A DNA stretch of 57,439 nt, from assembly GCA_964603685.1 (NCBI GenBank), contig CAZRWF010000010.1:1-57439 (forward strand). The letters run 5' to 3'. How positions within the stretch are numbered: the stretch's first letter is position 1; the number at the start of each line of letters is the position of its first letter. A model generated the notes under the pieces. That model saw only the letters and a program-made list of their open reading frames with translations, did not search any database and was not told where the DNA came from. The translations under genes and the position numbers were made by a program. This document shows positions 1-10,482 of this stretch, piece by piece. Source of the stretch: an uncultured Chitinophagaceae bacterium (GTDB lineage Bacteria; Bacteroidota; Ignavibacteria; UBA10030; UBA8401).

Positions 1-1282
1 CGCGTTCTTTCATCGTGCGCGCATCGGTTTTACGGACGGAAAATCCCAACTTTTCGAACTCAACGGAGCGGACAGTGGCCTCCTCTGCGACCGGTTCTTC
101 CTCCTCGCCGTCATCGGCCGAAGCGAGTTGACCGGTCTCCGCACGGGGTCGCAGGGTGATCGTCTTTTCGATCTTTTTCTCGTCGCGCCAGATCACCAGC
201 TTCACTTTATCCCCGGGATGTTTCGAGGCAATATATGCCTGCAGTTCGTTCGGTGCGCGCATCGGTTTGCCGTCGATGGATAAGATGATGTCGCCGGACC
301 GGACGCCGGCCGCTTTTGCCGCTTCGCCGACCACTTCCTGCACGAACACTCCTTCCGGTTTTTCCAATCCGTTCGCTTTGGCCACTGTTTCGTCGACTAA
401 TGAAATCTGCACGCCGATATATCCCCGTTCCACTTTCCCGTGTTGAATCAGATCGCTGGCAACGCTTTTGGCCAGATTGATCGGGATCGCGAACGAATAT
501 CCCTGATATCGTTGGTTGGTAGTCGCAATGGCGGTGTTAATGCCGATAACCTCGCCGTAAATATTCACCAACGCACCGCCGCTGTTTCCGGGATTGACGG
601 CGGCATCGGTTTGAATGAAGTTCTCCACGCCGTAACTGTCGTCGATCAAATTTAATCCGCCGCGGCCGAGATAACTGATGATGCCGGCGGTCACCGTGGA
701 ATTTAATCCGAGTGGATTGCCGATCGCCAAAGCCCATTGACCGACCTGCACATTATCGGAGTTGCCGAGTACCGCCACCGGAAGATTATTCCCTTCAATC
801 TTGATCACTGCAACATCCGTCAGCGGATCGGAACCGACGAGTTTCGCCTTAAATCGGCGCGTATCGTCCAGACGGACTTCGATGCCGTTTTCATCGGCAT
901 TGTCGATCACATGGTGGTTCGTCACGATATATCCGTCCTTCGTGATAATCACACCCGAACCGGCCCCTTGAGCTTGTTCCGGCTGCCGGAGATCCGGGAA
1001 AAACCGGAAAAATTCATTTTCCCGGCGATCGGGACGACGGGCTTTGGTGGTAACGCTGATGAAGACGACGGATGGGGTCGCTTCTTTCGACACTTTTACG
1101 AATGCATCGTTCGCCGCCTGCAGATTCAAGTCGGTTTTTACGGCCGGCCGGTCCGCACCCAATTTAATCTGTGGCTGCTGGGCAAATCCGAGATCGACGC
1201 CGTCCAGATCCGAAACGAGCACACTGCCGAAGATGATTCCGATCGTGATAAAAAACAATGCCGCGGTGATGGAACGTTTCAT
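1..1282 (-). CDS. degP: Do/DegP/HtrA family periplasmic serine endoprotease with PDZ domains (3' end runs off the window)
   Basis: Not in the ORF track because it has no stop in the window. Manual translation from ATG 1282 (AGGAG upstream): MKRSITAALFFITIG..., with trypsin motifs VTNHHV, TDVAVIKI and NPGNSGGAL, then a PDZ domain (GYIGVQI...GDIILSIDG). Confidence 0.93.
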   Translation of the reverse strand, partial: MKRSITAALFFITIGIIFGSVLVSDLDGVDLGFAQQPQIKLGADRPAVKTDLNLQAANDAFVKVSKEATPSVVFISVTTKARRPDRRENEFFRFFPDLRQPEQAQGAGSGVIITKDGYIVTNHHVIDNADENGIEVRLDDTRRFKAKLVGSDPLTDVAVIKIEGNNLPVAVLGNSDNVQVGQWALAIGNPLGLNSTVTAGIISYLGRGGLNLIDDSYGVENFIQTDAAVNPGNSGGALVNIYGEVIGINTAIATTNQRYQGYSFAIPINLAKSVASDLIQHGKVERGYIGVQISLVDETVAKANGLEKPEGVFVQEVVGEAAKAAGVRSGDIILSIDGKPMRAPNELQAYIASKHPGDKVKLVIWRDEKKIEKTITLRPRAETGQLASADDGEEEEPVAEEATVRSVEFEKLGFSVRKTDARTMKER

Positions 1283-1302
1283 ATTCTTCTCCTGCAAAAA
1301 AT

Positions 1303-2085
1303 TCAATGTTTGTTCTGATCCATGGAATATAACAACGAAAGGGAGCGCAGAGTTCGAACGCCGTCGATATGATACCGCATGTAAGACGTCAGCACGGCGA
1401 ACAACTCTTCCTTCACCGAATCGACCATCGACAAACTAACGGATTTTTCGATGGGATGCATCATCAAATAGTAAAGGGATTTCACCCCTCCGGCCGAAAG
1501 CGGAACGCCGCCGGAAAATTGTTCTTCGGCGCACGCCGCACACAGAATCGAACCGTCGGACAATCGCAACAGCGCCGATGAAAATCCCTCCGACACCGGG
1601 TTTTTTCCGCACCCGGCACATGCCGAAACCGACAATCCGCATCCGAACTCGTCGAACAGTCTGATCAAAAACGCGGGCAACACATTGGTCACGTTCGACC
1701 GGGCGCTGTTCACCGCCGCCAGGGAACGCAACAGTTCGTCGAACAGCGCCGGATGTTCGTTCTCACCATGCATCACCATCGTCACCACTTCGACCAGCGC
1801 CAGACCGGTCAACAGGGACTCCGGCCGCGCTTGAATGCCGTTCATCGGCGTGACGATCTCGCTTTTCGAAAGCAAATGCAGGTCGCGGGATTCTTTTTTA
1901 TAGAACACCACGGAGGTGTGCGACATCGGTTCCAGGGACGAACCGAACGAGTTCTTCTTCGGATTGCGCGCCCCTTTCGCTACCACTTTGATCTTGCCGA
2001 ACTTTTTCGAATACAACGTCACGATTTTGCTCGTGTCGCCGAGATTCATCGAATGCAGCACGATCGCCTCCGTTTCGACGATCAT
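1303..2085 (-). CDS. recO: DNA repair protein RecO
   Basis: MIVETEAIVLHSMNLGDTSKIVTLYSKKFGKIKVVAKGAR OB-fold start; Zn-finger CAGC...CAAC; ATGA overlap with the mtnA stop. The ORF-track extension to 2457 is rejected. Confidence 0.92.
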   Translation of the reverse strand: MIVETEAIVLHSMNLGDTSKIVTLYSKKFGKIKVVAKGARNPKKNSFGSSLEPMSHTSVVFYKKESRDLHLLSKSEIVTPMNGIQARPESLLTGLALVEVVTMVMHGENEHPALFDELLRSLAAVNSARSNVTNVLPAFLIRLFDEFGCGLSVSACAGCGKNPVSEGFSSALLRLSDGSILCAACAEEQFSGGVPLSAGGVKSLYYLMMHPIEKSVSLSMVDSVKEELFAVLTSYMRYHIDGVRTLRSLSLLYSMDQNKH

Positions 2086-3116
2086 CGCGTCACCGCTGCG
2101 ATGGAAGTTGTGAACGGCGGACGAAGGACTCCATGTTCGGTGATGATTGCGGTTATCAGTCCGTTCGGTGTCACGTCGAATGCCGGGGCGAAGACCGCCG
2201 ATCCTTCCGGCGCCGTTCGGAGTCCGAAACCGTTGCTCACTTCCTCCGGATGCCGTACTTCGATCGGGATACCGCCGCCATCCGGCAACGTTCGATCGAT
2301 GGTGGATGTCGGTGCCGCGATATACATCGGAATCCCGTGCTCCTTCGCAAGAACGGCGAGACCGTACGTACCGATTTTGTTCGCCGTATCTCCGTTGGCC
2401 GCAATGCGATCGGCTCCGGTGATGATCAATCCCACTTTGTGAGTCCGGATCGCCCATGCGGCGGCATTATCGGCGATCAGCGTCGCCGGAATTCCGGCCT
2501 TCTGCAACTCCCACATCGTCAAGCGGGCACCTTGCAGCAGAGGGCGAGTTTCGCCGGCGATTACGGAAATTTTTTTTCCCGAACGAAACGCCGTCCACAA
2601 CACCCCGAACGCCGTACCGATCCCTCCCGTTGCCAGCGCTCCGGTATTACAATGTGTCAGAACAACGGTATGATCCGGTATCAACTCAGCGCCGAACCGT
2701 CCGATCGCCTCGCACATGCGCCGATCTTCCTCGTGAATCAGAACTGCTTCGGACCGCAATTTTTCGAACAGTTCCGGCGGTTGATCACGGTCATTTAGAC
2801 GCACGACCGATTTTAATCGTTCCAGAGCCCAGAAAAGATTGGTCGCGGTGGGACGCGTTGCCCCGATTATGCGCACACTGTCGTCAAATTGCTTCACGAA
2901 TTGCGCGCGGGTACCGTTCCTGACCGGTAGGAGACCAAGAAGAACTCCGTATGCGGCAGCGATCCCTAACAACGGTGCTCCGCGGATTTTTAAGGTTTTG
3001 ATCGCTTCGGCGAGAACGGAAATGTCCGCCGTTTGAAGATAGGATTCACGAAGCGGCAGCGCCGTCTGGTCCAAAAAAGTGACGGAATTATTTTCCCAGT
3101 GGATGGAACGGATCAT
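2082..3116 (-). CDS. mtnA: S-methyl-5-thioribose-1-phosphate isomerase
   Basis: Motifs IRGAPLLG, RPTATNL, THCNTGALATGGIGTA, ETRPLLQGARLT, GADRIAANGDTANKIGT, APAFDVTP. Confidence 0.95.
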   Translation of the reverse strand: MIRSIHWENNSVTFLDQTALPLRESYLQTADISVLAEAIKTLKIRGAPLLGIAAAYGVLLGLLPVRNGTRAQFVKQFDDSVRIIGATRPTATNLFWALERLKSVVRLNDRDQPPELFEKLRSEAVLIHEEDRRMCEAIGRFGAELIPDHTVVLTHCNTGALATGGIGTAFGVLWTAFRSGKKISVIAGETRPLLQGARLTMWELQKAGIPATLIADNAAAWAIRTHKVGLIITGADRIAANGDTANKIGTYGLAVLAKEHGIPMYIAAPTSTIDRTLPDGGGIPIEVRHPEEVSNGFGLRTAPEGSAVFAPAFDVTPNGLITAIITEHGVLRPPFTTSIAAVTR

Positions 3117-3206
3117 AGAAGAGAATGAGGGTGGAATGTACCACTGCGTCTCCGGTGACGGCGGTGTTGCACCAAACGGCGATGCTGCCGCGGTTCAATC
3201 TCCGGA

Positions 3207-4118
3207 TCATTCATCGAACTTCGACAACGCTTTAAACTCCCGGAACCGGTCTTGAATTTTCAGATACGAAAGGTCGCGCAGTCCGTCGATCGACACCTTT
3301 TCCACGCAGAACGAGGCCATCGTGCTCCCGTAAATCACAGCGCGTTTCATGTTTTCAAAGGAAAGGTCGTCGGTTTTCGCCAGCCAGGCCGTAAATCCGG
3401 AAGCGAACGTATCACCGGCGCCGGTGGGATCATAAATGTCTTCCAGCGGATATGCAGGCGCGGAAAAAATATGTTCTTCGTGGAACAACAACGCGCCATG
3501 TTCCCCTTTTTTAATGATCAACGTACGCGCTCCCATGGCGCGGATCTTCTTGGCGGCGCGCAGCAGATTGGAATCATTGGCGAGCATCCGCGCTTCGGAA
3601 TCGTTCAAAATGAAGACGTCGAAACAGGGGATCGTTTTGATCAACTCATCGCGCATCGTTTCGATCCAAAAGTTCATCGTGTCCCCGACCACCAGCGTGG
3701 TTTTTTCCACCTGTTCCAGCACCCGCCGCTGCAGGATCGGATCGATATTCCCCAGGCAGATGTATTTGGTCTTCTTGTATTGGTCGGGAATTTTCGGATT
3801 GAACTTTTCGAACACGTTCAAGTTTAAGGAGAGCGTGTCGCGATTGTTCAGATCGTAATGATACCGGCCGGACCACCGGAACGTCTTCGCCTCTTGCACC
3901 ACTTCAAGACCGGCGAGATCGATCCCGCGTTCATTTAAAAATTCGAACGCACTCCGCGGATAATCCCCTCCGACCACACCGACAAGGCGGACGGGCGTCG
4001 TAAAATAACTTGCGGCAACGGCAATATACACCGCCGAACCTCCGAGCACGTCTTTCGCTTTTCCGAAAGGCGTTTCGATATCATCAATGGCAACGGAACC
4101 GACAACGAGTATGGACAA
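3207..4118 (-). CDS. PfkB/ribokinase family carbohydrate or nucleoside kinase
   Basis: VVGSVAIDDIETPFG, LGGSA, and the PfkB signature DPTGAGDTFASG. Confidence 0.9.
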   Translation of the reverse strand: MSILVVGSVAIDDIETPFGKAKDVLGGSAVYIAVAASYFTTPVRLVGVVGGDYPRSAFEFLNERGIDLAGLEVVQEAKTFRWSGRYHYDLNNRDTLSLNLNVFEKFNPKIPDQYKKTKYICLGNIDPILQRRVLEQVEKTTLVVGDTMNFWIETMRDELIKTIPCFDVFILNDSEARMLANDSNLLRAAKKIRAMGARTLIIKKGEHGALLFHEEHIFSAPAYPLEDIYDPTGAGDTFASGFTAWLAKTDDLSFENMKRAVIYGSTMASFCVEKVSIDGLRDLSYLKIQDRFREFKALSKFDE

Positions 4119-4135
4119 AACGATCTCCTTCTTTC

Positions 4136-5800
4136 TTACTTTGGTGTACGTAACAATTCCGGCGGACGCGCCGGAGTGCGGAATGGTCCGATCTTCAGCA
4201 GCCGCAGTTGTTCATCCGACAGACTGGAGGCGGCAAACAAAATCACGCCGTGTGTTTGTAATTCCCGGCATTGTTCGATCTGTTGCAGCAACAACGCGGG
4301 GGACAGTTGTAAATACGGTGCCAATCCGACATACAACGGAAACTTTTCTCCGACCACCGATCGCATTTTACCGATCGCTTCGGTGATCCATTCCGTGTTG
4401 ACGGTGTAGGCCATCGGCGCCAGAACGTTGACGTACCCTTTAACCGCCCATTCGCCCCAATTCTGCATCTTCGTTTTATGCGCCTCCTCAATATCGGGAA
4501 AAATATCCGCGGATAAAAGAGTTTCGGGATTTTCCCAGCGGATTCTTTTGACGAAATTGGTAATCACCTGTTCGCGCCACCGCCTCCATTCCTCCCATTT
4601 CTCCGGATGGTCGGCCGGATTAATTTCCATCGGATCGACCCCGGCGACACGTTGAAATTCCGTGCGGGAATAATCGCTGTAGTCGGACGATTCTTCCAGC
4701 GGCACGTTCACCGGATACCGTATGTAATCAAGCTGAATGCCGGCCAGGTCGGAATAATTCGTCCGCACCTCCCGGTACAACGAGGCGATGAAATTCTGCG
4801 CATCCGGATTTGCCGGGTTGACGAATAAATATCCCTGTTCGGCTCGGGAAACGGACTCTCCGTTCCGTTTTATCAATTTCCACGAAGGGTTGGCTGTCAG
4901 AATCGGTCCCGTTCCCGAATCATCCGACGCGCCGACATATCCGACAAAAAAGGTGTGAATCCATGCATGAATCTCGATCCCCTGTTTTTTCCCTTCGTCG
5001 ATGAACACACGCAACGGATCGAAACCGAGAAACTCTTTTTTCTGCTGCGTAATAAATCCGGGATAGATCGTTTCGCCTCTCCAGATCGTTTCCAGAAAGA
5101 TCATGTTAAAACCGGCCTCACCCAATTTTTTTACCGTGGCGGCGATTTCTTCTCGGTTTTTTTCCCGGGGACGATGCCACACGCCCCTTCCTTCCACCGT
5201 TGTCGAAAGTGAAATACGATATTCGAGTTCGTCCAGCCGGCGCATGCCGTCGATGTACGCCGCGGAGTCCAATTCCGCGGAATAGTGCGGTGTCGATCGG
5301 AGAAGAAGGGAGATCGAATCGATCACCGGCCGGAGATCGGCAGCATCGGCGGACGACATCCGCAGTTTGATCCGTTCGAACTTTTTTATCAGTTCGCTTC
5401 GACGCATGGAAGAATAGAGAGCGAAGGACTCGCCGTCGAACGTGACGGTGACGGCTGAGTCGGACAACCGGATTTTTGCGCCGATCTTGATCGTCTTCTG
5501 CAGGAACACGCGCGCCCTGCCGTGGCCGGAGAGGACATATTCCCCTTTCCGGATCGGCGAGTTGTTCCCGCCGATCGCGATCACGACGTTTTCCCGGACG
5601 ATTGCTTCCACACCCCACTGATTCGTTCCGGTGGTGGGACGGCCGTAACCGCTCGTATAGACGATCAGCTGATGTTCCCCCCGGCCGCCGGGAAAATCGC
5701 GCGTGTTCTTCGGATCGACGGCCGTCACGGGGTACGATCGGTCGTCGGATTGTCCGAACGCGAACAGTGAGCAACTCAATAGTAAAAGAAAAATCTTCAT
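4136..5800 (-). CDS. Secreted glycoside-hydrolase-like GHL10 (DUF187/DigH-like) protein with an extra N-terminal domain
   Basis: Signal peptide [17 protein letters not shown]; RGVW, GFNMIFLE, EIHAW, GIQLDYIRYP, QNWGEW, PMAY; ATGA overlap with the NUDIX stop. Confidence 0.8.
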   Translation of the reverse strand: MKIFLLLLSCSLFAFGQSDDRSYPVTAVDPKNTRDFPGGRGEHQLIVYTSGYGRPTTGTNQWGVEAIVRENVVIAIGGNNSPIRKGEYVLSGHGRARVFLQKTIKIGAKIRLSDSAVTVTFDGESFALYSSMRRSELIKKFERIKLRMSSADAADLRPVIDSISLLLRSTPHYSAELDSAAYIDGMRRLDELEYRISLSTTVEGRGVWHRPREKNREEIAATVKKLGEAGFNMIFLETIWRGETIYPGFITQQKKEFLGFDPLRVFIDEGKKQGIEIHAWIHTFFVGYVGASDDSGTGPILTANPSWKLIKRNGESVSRAEQGYLFVNPANPDAQNFIASLYREVRTNYSDLAGIQLDYIRYPVNVPLEESSDYSDYSRTEFQRVAGVDPMEINPADHPEKWEEWRRWREQVITNFVKRIRWENPETLLSADIFPDIEEAHKTKMQNWGEWAVKGYVNVLAPMAYTVNTEWITEAIGKMRSVVGEKFPLYVGLAPYLQLSPALLLQQIEQCRELQTHGVILFAASSLSDEQLRLLKIGPFRTPARPPELLRTPK

Positions 5801-6264
5801 ACGGGTATCTCGGAATATTGAGCGGCTTTCGCACCGTTCACGATGAACGAATGGATGATCTCCAACGCAGTTCGTTGTCCGGGCCACACACACATCGCTT
5901 TCGCTTCTTCGAGAGTGTACCAGCCGAATTGATAATGTTCCTCCGACAGGACCGGATCGATACCCGGGGGGGCTTGAACGGCGAATACGACGGTGTGATG
6001 CACCGTATCGTTCTTCGCGGAGTAGAAGGTATTCATATGCGGAACGATCCACATCCGCAACGGATCAACTCCCGTCTCCTCTTTTACTTCCCGCCGTGCC
6101 GCAGCAACGGCGCTCTCCCCTTGTTCGATGGAACCGGTGACGATCTGCCACGCATCGGGATAAAGTTTTTCGGACAACGAGCGACGGAGCATGAGATACT
6201 TCGGCTCTTTGTTCGAAAACGAGAAGAGGCAGACCTCAACGATGGAACATTCGATCTTCGGCAT
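5797..6264 (-). CDS. NUDIX hydrolase (NudB/dihydroneopterin triphosphate diphosphatase-like)
   Basis: Intact Nudix box [22 protein letters not shown] preceded by WQIVT, as in NudB-like enzymes. Confidence 0.85.
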   Translation of the reverse strand: MPKIECSIVEVCLFSFSNKEPKYLMLRRSLSEKLYPDAWQIVTGSIEQGESAVAAARREVKEETGVDPLRMWIVPHMNTFYSAKNDTVHHTVVFAVQAPPGIDPVLSEEHYQFGWYTLEEAKAMCVWPGQRTALEIIHSFIVNGAKAAQYSEIPV

Positions 6265-7039
6265 TTCCCTTTGAACCTTTCCGTGACGCAGACTGCAATC
6301 CGGCAATTTCTTCTTTTGTCAGCGACCGGATCTGTCCGGGCTGAAGATTTCCCAATTTTAACGAACCGATGGCGATCCTTCGCAACTCAATCACCGGAAA
6401 TCCGACGGCATCGAACATCCGGCGGATCTGCCGGTTTTTTCCTTCCACAACGGTGATCTCACACTGCGACACGTTGCCTTCGGAAAACATTTTGGCAATC
6501 GTGGCTGGGAGAGTCCGGTAACCGTCATCCAGCACGATACCGCCGGCCAATTCGGACAACACTTCCCGCGTCAGAATTCCCTCGCAGATCACTTCGTACG
6601 TTTTCGGCGTTTTGGATTCCGGATTGGTCAAAGTTTCCCCCAACTGTGAATCGTTGGTCATCAACAACGCTCCGGAGGTCTCTTTATCCAGCCGGCCGAC
6701 CGGGAAGATATGTCCGGAATCTTCCGTGCGGCGATACGCTGCGGAGAGGATATCATACACCGTTTTTCGTCCCCGCTCGTCGCTTCGTGTCGTCACGACG
6801 TCGGCCGGTTTGTTCATCAGAAGATAGAGGAACGTTTTTTCTTTTTTCACCGGTTCCCCCTCCACCGCGATTCGGTCCTTGAGCGGATCGACGCGGAAGG
6901 AGAGTGAATTTTTCACCGAACCGTTGACGGTAACTTTCCCGGCAGCGACCAATTTTTCCGCCTGACTGCGCGAACAAAATCCCAACTTGGATAGGGCGCG
7001 GGGCAGACTGACAACACGGGTGTCCTTTGGCGGTTTCAT
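6236..7039 (-). CDS. rRNA pseudouridine synthase, RsuA/RluB/RluE/RluF family, with S4 domain
   Basis: S4 domain ([16 protein letters not shown]), catalytic [22 protein letters not shown]. Confidence 0.92.
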   Translation of the reverse strand: MKPPKDTRVVSLPRALSKLGFCSRSQAEKLVAAGKVTVNGSVKNSLSFRVDPLKDRIAVEGEPVKKEKTFLYLLMNKPADVVTTRSDERGRKTVYDILSAAYRRTEDSGHIFPVGRLDKETSGALLMTNDSQLGETLTNPESKTPKTYEVICEGILTREVLSELAGGIVLDDGYRTLPATIAKMFSEGNVSQCEITVVEGKNRQIRRMFDAVGFPVIELRRIAIGSLKLGNLQPGQIRSLTKEEIAGLQSASRKGSKGNAEDRMFHR

Positions 7040-7968
7040 CCTGCCAGCCCCGCAATTCCTCCGCGTGCAGAAGCGGACCGTGCCGCACGGCGGATCGCGT
7101 CGGACGCCGTTTCGGCGGCCAATTCCGCCACCACATCCACGGCAGCGGTGACCGTTCCGGTCGACAAAGCAAACGATACATCACCGTCAAAGGTAGTATG
7201 GCAGGGATGGATTGCCCGCGCCATTCCGTCATGCACCCGTTGAGCGACCTTGTGTGTGTCGACCTTTCGTAAGGCGGCGTTGGACGCCACCACGACCAGC
7301 GTGGTGTTCGTATTTCGGGTCAACAGATGTTCATGGCGGGACATGTTCAACCGTTCGTTCCGGGACGCGAACGTTCCGTTCATCCGTGCTCCGGCGATGG
7401 TTGTTCCGTCCGCATCGATCACATCGCCGACGGCGTTGACGACGGCCAGGGCGCCGACGATGAGATCACCGTTCTTCGCCGAAGACGAACCGATCCCTCC
7501 TTTCATCGCATTCGGAAACCCGTTCCATTTACCGAGCACCGCGCCGGTCCCGGCGCCGACACTTCCCTGAGCGAACGTTGTTCCGGCCGACCGGCATGCT
7601 TCATACGCATTCTCCGGTGTCGGGAAAACGGTCGAACTGCCGATATTCAGATCAAAAATAATCGCCGACGGAACGATCGGCACAATCGCCCAGGGGGTCC
7701 GGTACCCGATCTCCCGTTCCGCGAGGTATTTCATGACGCCGTTCGCAGCACCAAGTCCGAACGCACTGCCGCCTGACAGGAGGATCGCGTGAACTTCCTG
7801 CATCTGTTTTTCCGGAGCGAGCGAGATCAATTCACGCGTACCCGGCGACGAACCGCGCACATCGCACCCGGCAACGGTGCCGGGAGGTACAAGAATGACC
7901 GTGCAGCCGGTGATATTTTCCGCATCCGTATAATGACCGACCAGGATTCCGGGCACGTCGGTGATCAT
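7036..7968 (-). CDS. P1/S58 family peptidase (DmpA-like L-aminopeptidase/D-esterase)
   Basis: [60 protein letters not shown]. Confidence 0.88.
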   Translation of the reverse strand: MITDVPGILVGHYTDAENITGCTVILVPPGTVAGCDVRGSSPGTRELISLAPEKQMQEVHAILLSGGSAFGLGAANGVMKYLAEREIGYRTPWAIVPIVPSAIIFDLNIGSSTVFPTPENAYEACRSAGTTFAQGSVGAGTGAVLGKWNGFPNAMKGGIGSSSAKNGDLIVGALAVVNAVGDVIDADGTTIAGARMNGTFASRNERLNMSRHEHLLTRNTNTTLVVVASNAALRKVDTHKVAQRVHDGMARAIHPCHTTFDGDVSFALSTGTVTAAVDVVAELAAETASDAIRRAARSASARGGIAGLAG

Positions 7969-8813
7969 CGGCTCCCCTTTCCTTCCGAAGTTTTTTTTGC
8001 CTGTTCGCTCCCCATCGCCAGCCGTGAAAGAATAATGCCGCATGCCATCGCAGCGTTCAGCGATTCGGCCTTGCCGAACCGGGGTATCCGGATACGATGG
8101 TCTGCCAACGCGGAAAGCGCCGTTGAAACTCCGTGCGATTCACTTCCGATCACGATCACCGATCGTTCGGCAAACGAAACATCGGCCACGTCGATACTTC
8201 CCTTCAATTCGGCGGAATAGATCGTGTGTCCGCTCGCGCGCAGTGCGTTGACCACCGCAACCGGATCGGCACGGTCGATCACCGGAAGATGGAATATGGA
8301 ACCCATCGAACTGCGGACCGTTTTCGGTTGATAGAGATCGGCCGAGTTCCGATCGATCACGACGCCGTCCATGCCGAACCAATCGCACGTCCGGACGATC
8401 GTTCCGACATTTCCCGGATCATTGATCCCTTCCAGCAGCACGATACGGGACCGGCCGCGGCGATCGGCGAATGTCCGTTCATTCGCCGAAGGTATCGGCA
8501 GTACGGCAACGATCCCTTGAGGAGTGACCGCATCGGAGACCGATCGCAGCACGGCGGGGGAAACGGCGTACATGGCAGTTGAAGTTTGTTCGAGCTTTTT
8601 CATCAACGGCGCAACACCGGCACGTGCTTCATCATAGAGTATCATCTCGAACCGCACGCCGGCATTCGCCGCTTCTTCGACGATTTTCCATCCTTCAATG
8701 ACAAAACGGCGTTCCGTTTCGCGATGTTTTTTTTGCAGCAACCGTTTCACCGACAACAACTGTGCTTTGGTCGGGACCGGCGCGGAAGGTATTCGGCGTG
8801 AACGTTCATTCAT
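7965..8813 (-). CDS. TrmH/SpoU family RNA 2'-O-methyltransferase
   Basis: [38 protein letters not shown] motifs. Confidence 0.9.
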   Translation of the reverse strand: MNERSRRIPSAPVPTKAQLLSVKRLLQKKHRETERRFVIEGWKIVEEAANAGVRFEMILYDEARAGVAPLMKKLEQTSTAMYAVSPAVLRSVSDAVTPQGIVAVLPIPSANERTFADRRGRSRIVLLEGINDPGNVGTIVRTCDWFGMDGVVIDRNSADLYQPKTVRSSMGSIFHLPVIDRADPVAVVNALRASGHTIYSAELKGSIDVADVSFAERSVIVIGSESHGVSTALSALADHRIRIPRFGKAESLNAAMACGIILSRLAMGSEQAKKTSEGKGSR

Positions 8814-10371
8814 AGACACCCCAAACTTCCCGGAGCGCATCCGAGATCTCGCCGACCGACGCGTACGCTTCCACGCACTCCAGAATATGCGGGACGACGT
8901 TACGGTCCGTTGCTGCCGCAGATCGGAGTGACGCGAGATGGCGGCGGACGACATCATTGTTTCTTTCGCGCCGGATTTTTTTCAGCGATGCAATCTGTTC
9001 CGTCCGGATCGATTCATCGACTTTCAACAGTTCGGGCGCCGCATCTTCTTCGACGATAAATTCGTTGACGCCGACGATCGTTTTTTTCTTTTCGTCGATG
9101 GCCCGTTGATAGAGATAGGCGCTCTCCGCGATCTCCGTTTGAAAATATCCCTGTTCGATCGCCTTCACCGATCCGCCGAGTGATTCGACAGTGGACAAAT
9201 ATTCCCGTACCCGCAGAATGATCTCGTTCGTCAGCGATTCCACGTAATACGATCCGGCCAGCGGATCAACCGTATCGGTCACCCCGGATTCGAAGGCGAT
9301 CACCTGCTGTGTGCGGAGCGCTAGCCGTGCCGAATCTTCCGTCGGCAGCGCCAGCGCTTCATCCTTCGCGTTGGTATGGAGCGATTGTGTTCCCCCCAAT
9401 ACGGCGGCGAGCGCTTGCAGAGTGACGCGCGGAACGTTGGTGTCGATCTGTTGTGCCGCCAGCGAAGAACCGGCCGTTTGCGTGTGGAACCGCAATTTCA
9501 TCGAGTCCGGATCTTTCGCGCCGAATTCTTCCTTCATGATGCCGGCCCATAACGCCCGTGCCGCGCGGAATTTCGCCACTTCTTCAAAGAGATTGTTGTG
9601 CGCGTTAAAAAAGAACGACAGCCGCGGTGCAAACGCGTCCACCGTCAATCCCGCCGCCAGGGCGGCGCGGACATATTCTTTTGCATTCGCCAGCGTAAAC
9701 GCCAGTTCCTGCACCGCGGTGGAGCCCGCTTCGCGGATGTGATAACCGCTGATGGAAATGGTATTCCATGACGGGAGATGTTCGCTGCACCAGGCGAAGG
9801 TATCGGTCACCAGCCGCAGCGAGGGCTGCGGAGGAAAAATGTGTGTTCCGCGGGCGATATATTCTTTGAGGATGTCGTTTTGAATCGTTCCGGAAATTTT
9901 TTTCAGATCCGCCTGTTGTTTTTTTGCCAGCGCCACATACATGCAGAGCAGGATCGCCGCCGTGGCGTTGATCGTCATTGAGGTGGTGATTTTTTGCAGA
10001 GTAATCCCGTCGAACAATATCTCCAGGTCCGCCAGCGTGTCGATCGCCACGCCCACTTTCCCGACTTCTCCTTCGCTCATCTCATGGTCGGAATCGAATC
10101 CCATTTGCGTCGGAAGGTCGAAAGCAACCGACAATCCGGTGGTTCCCTGGGAGAGCAAATACCGATATCGTTTGTTCGATTGTTGCGCCGTGCCGAAACC
10201 GGCATACTGCCGCATGGTCCACAAGCGAGAACGGTACATTGTCGGATGAACGCCGCGGGTGAACGGGTACGCGCCGGGTTCGCCGGCGGCGGAGGCGGGA
10301 TGGACATCCTGCGGATAGTACGCTTCTTTGACCGGAATTCCGGAATCGGTGCTGATCTGTTTTGCCGCCAT
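8806..10371 (-). CDS. Methylmalonyl-CoA mutase, stand-alone substrate-binding (large) subunit without a B12-binding domain
   Basis: [58 protein letters not shown]. The protein ends without a DxHxxG domain. Confidence 0.92.
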   Translation of the reverse strand: MAAKQISTDSGIPVKEAYYPQDVHPASAAGEPGAYPFTRGVHPTMYRSRLWTMRQYAGFGTAQQSNKRYRYLLSQGTTGLSVAFDLPTQMGFDSDHEMSEGEVGKVGVAIDTLADLEILFDGITLQKITTSMTINATAAILLCMYVALAKKQQADLKKISGTIQNDILKEYIARGTHIFPPQPSLRLVTDTFAWCSEHLPSWNTISISGYHIREAGSTAVQELAFTLANAKEYVRAALAAGLTVDAFAPRLSFFFNAHNNLFEEVAKFRAARALWAGIMKEEFGAKDPDSMKLRFHTQTAGSSLAAQQIDTNVPRVTLQALAAVLGGTQSLHTNAKDEALALPTEDSARLALRTQQVIAFESGVTDTVDPLAGSYYVESLTNEIILRVREYLSTVESLGGSVKAIEQGYFQTEIAESAYLYQRAIDEKKKTIVGVNEFIVEEDAAPELLKVDESIRTEQIASLKKIRRERNNDVVRRHLASLRSAAATDRNVVPHILECVEAYASVGEISDALREVWGVYE

Positions 10372-10482
10372 GGTATTCTCGTCGGTGTGCGCGTGTGTGT
10401 TCGGTGACCGGAAGGAAAATAAGAAAGAAGCGGACAAGATGAAACAGAAAGGGTGCCGAATCTGCACGGCGGAAAGAGGGAT

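Noticed and set aside
2086-2457. ORF-track N-terminal extensions (recO to 2457, GHL10 to 6052, trmH to 8957, MCM to 10467, GWxTD to 24444, DUF3108 to 28846, CTD protein to 48744)
   Set aside because: They overlap the upstream genes. The true starts are marked by stop/start overlaps, signal peptides or conserved N-terminal motifs, so these are not fusions.
3135-3143. Extended -10-like TGGTACATT upstream of mtnA, plus weak promoter-like strings at 10415-10445, 33173-33201 and 53678-53683
   Set aside because: No convincing -35, or too degenerate to support without TSS data.
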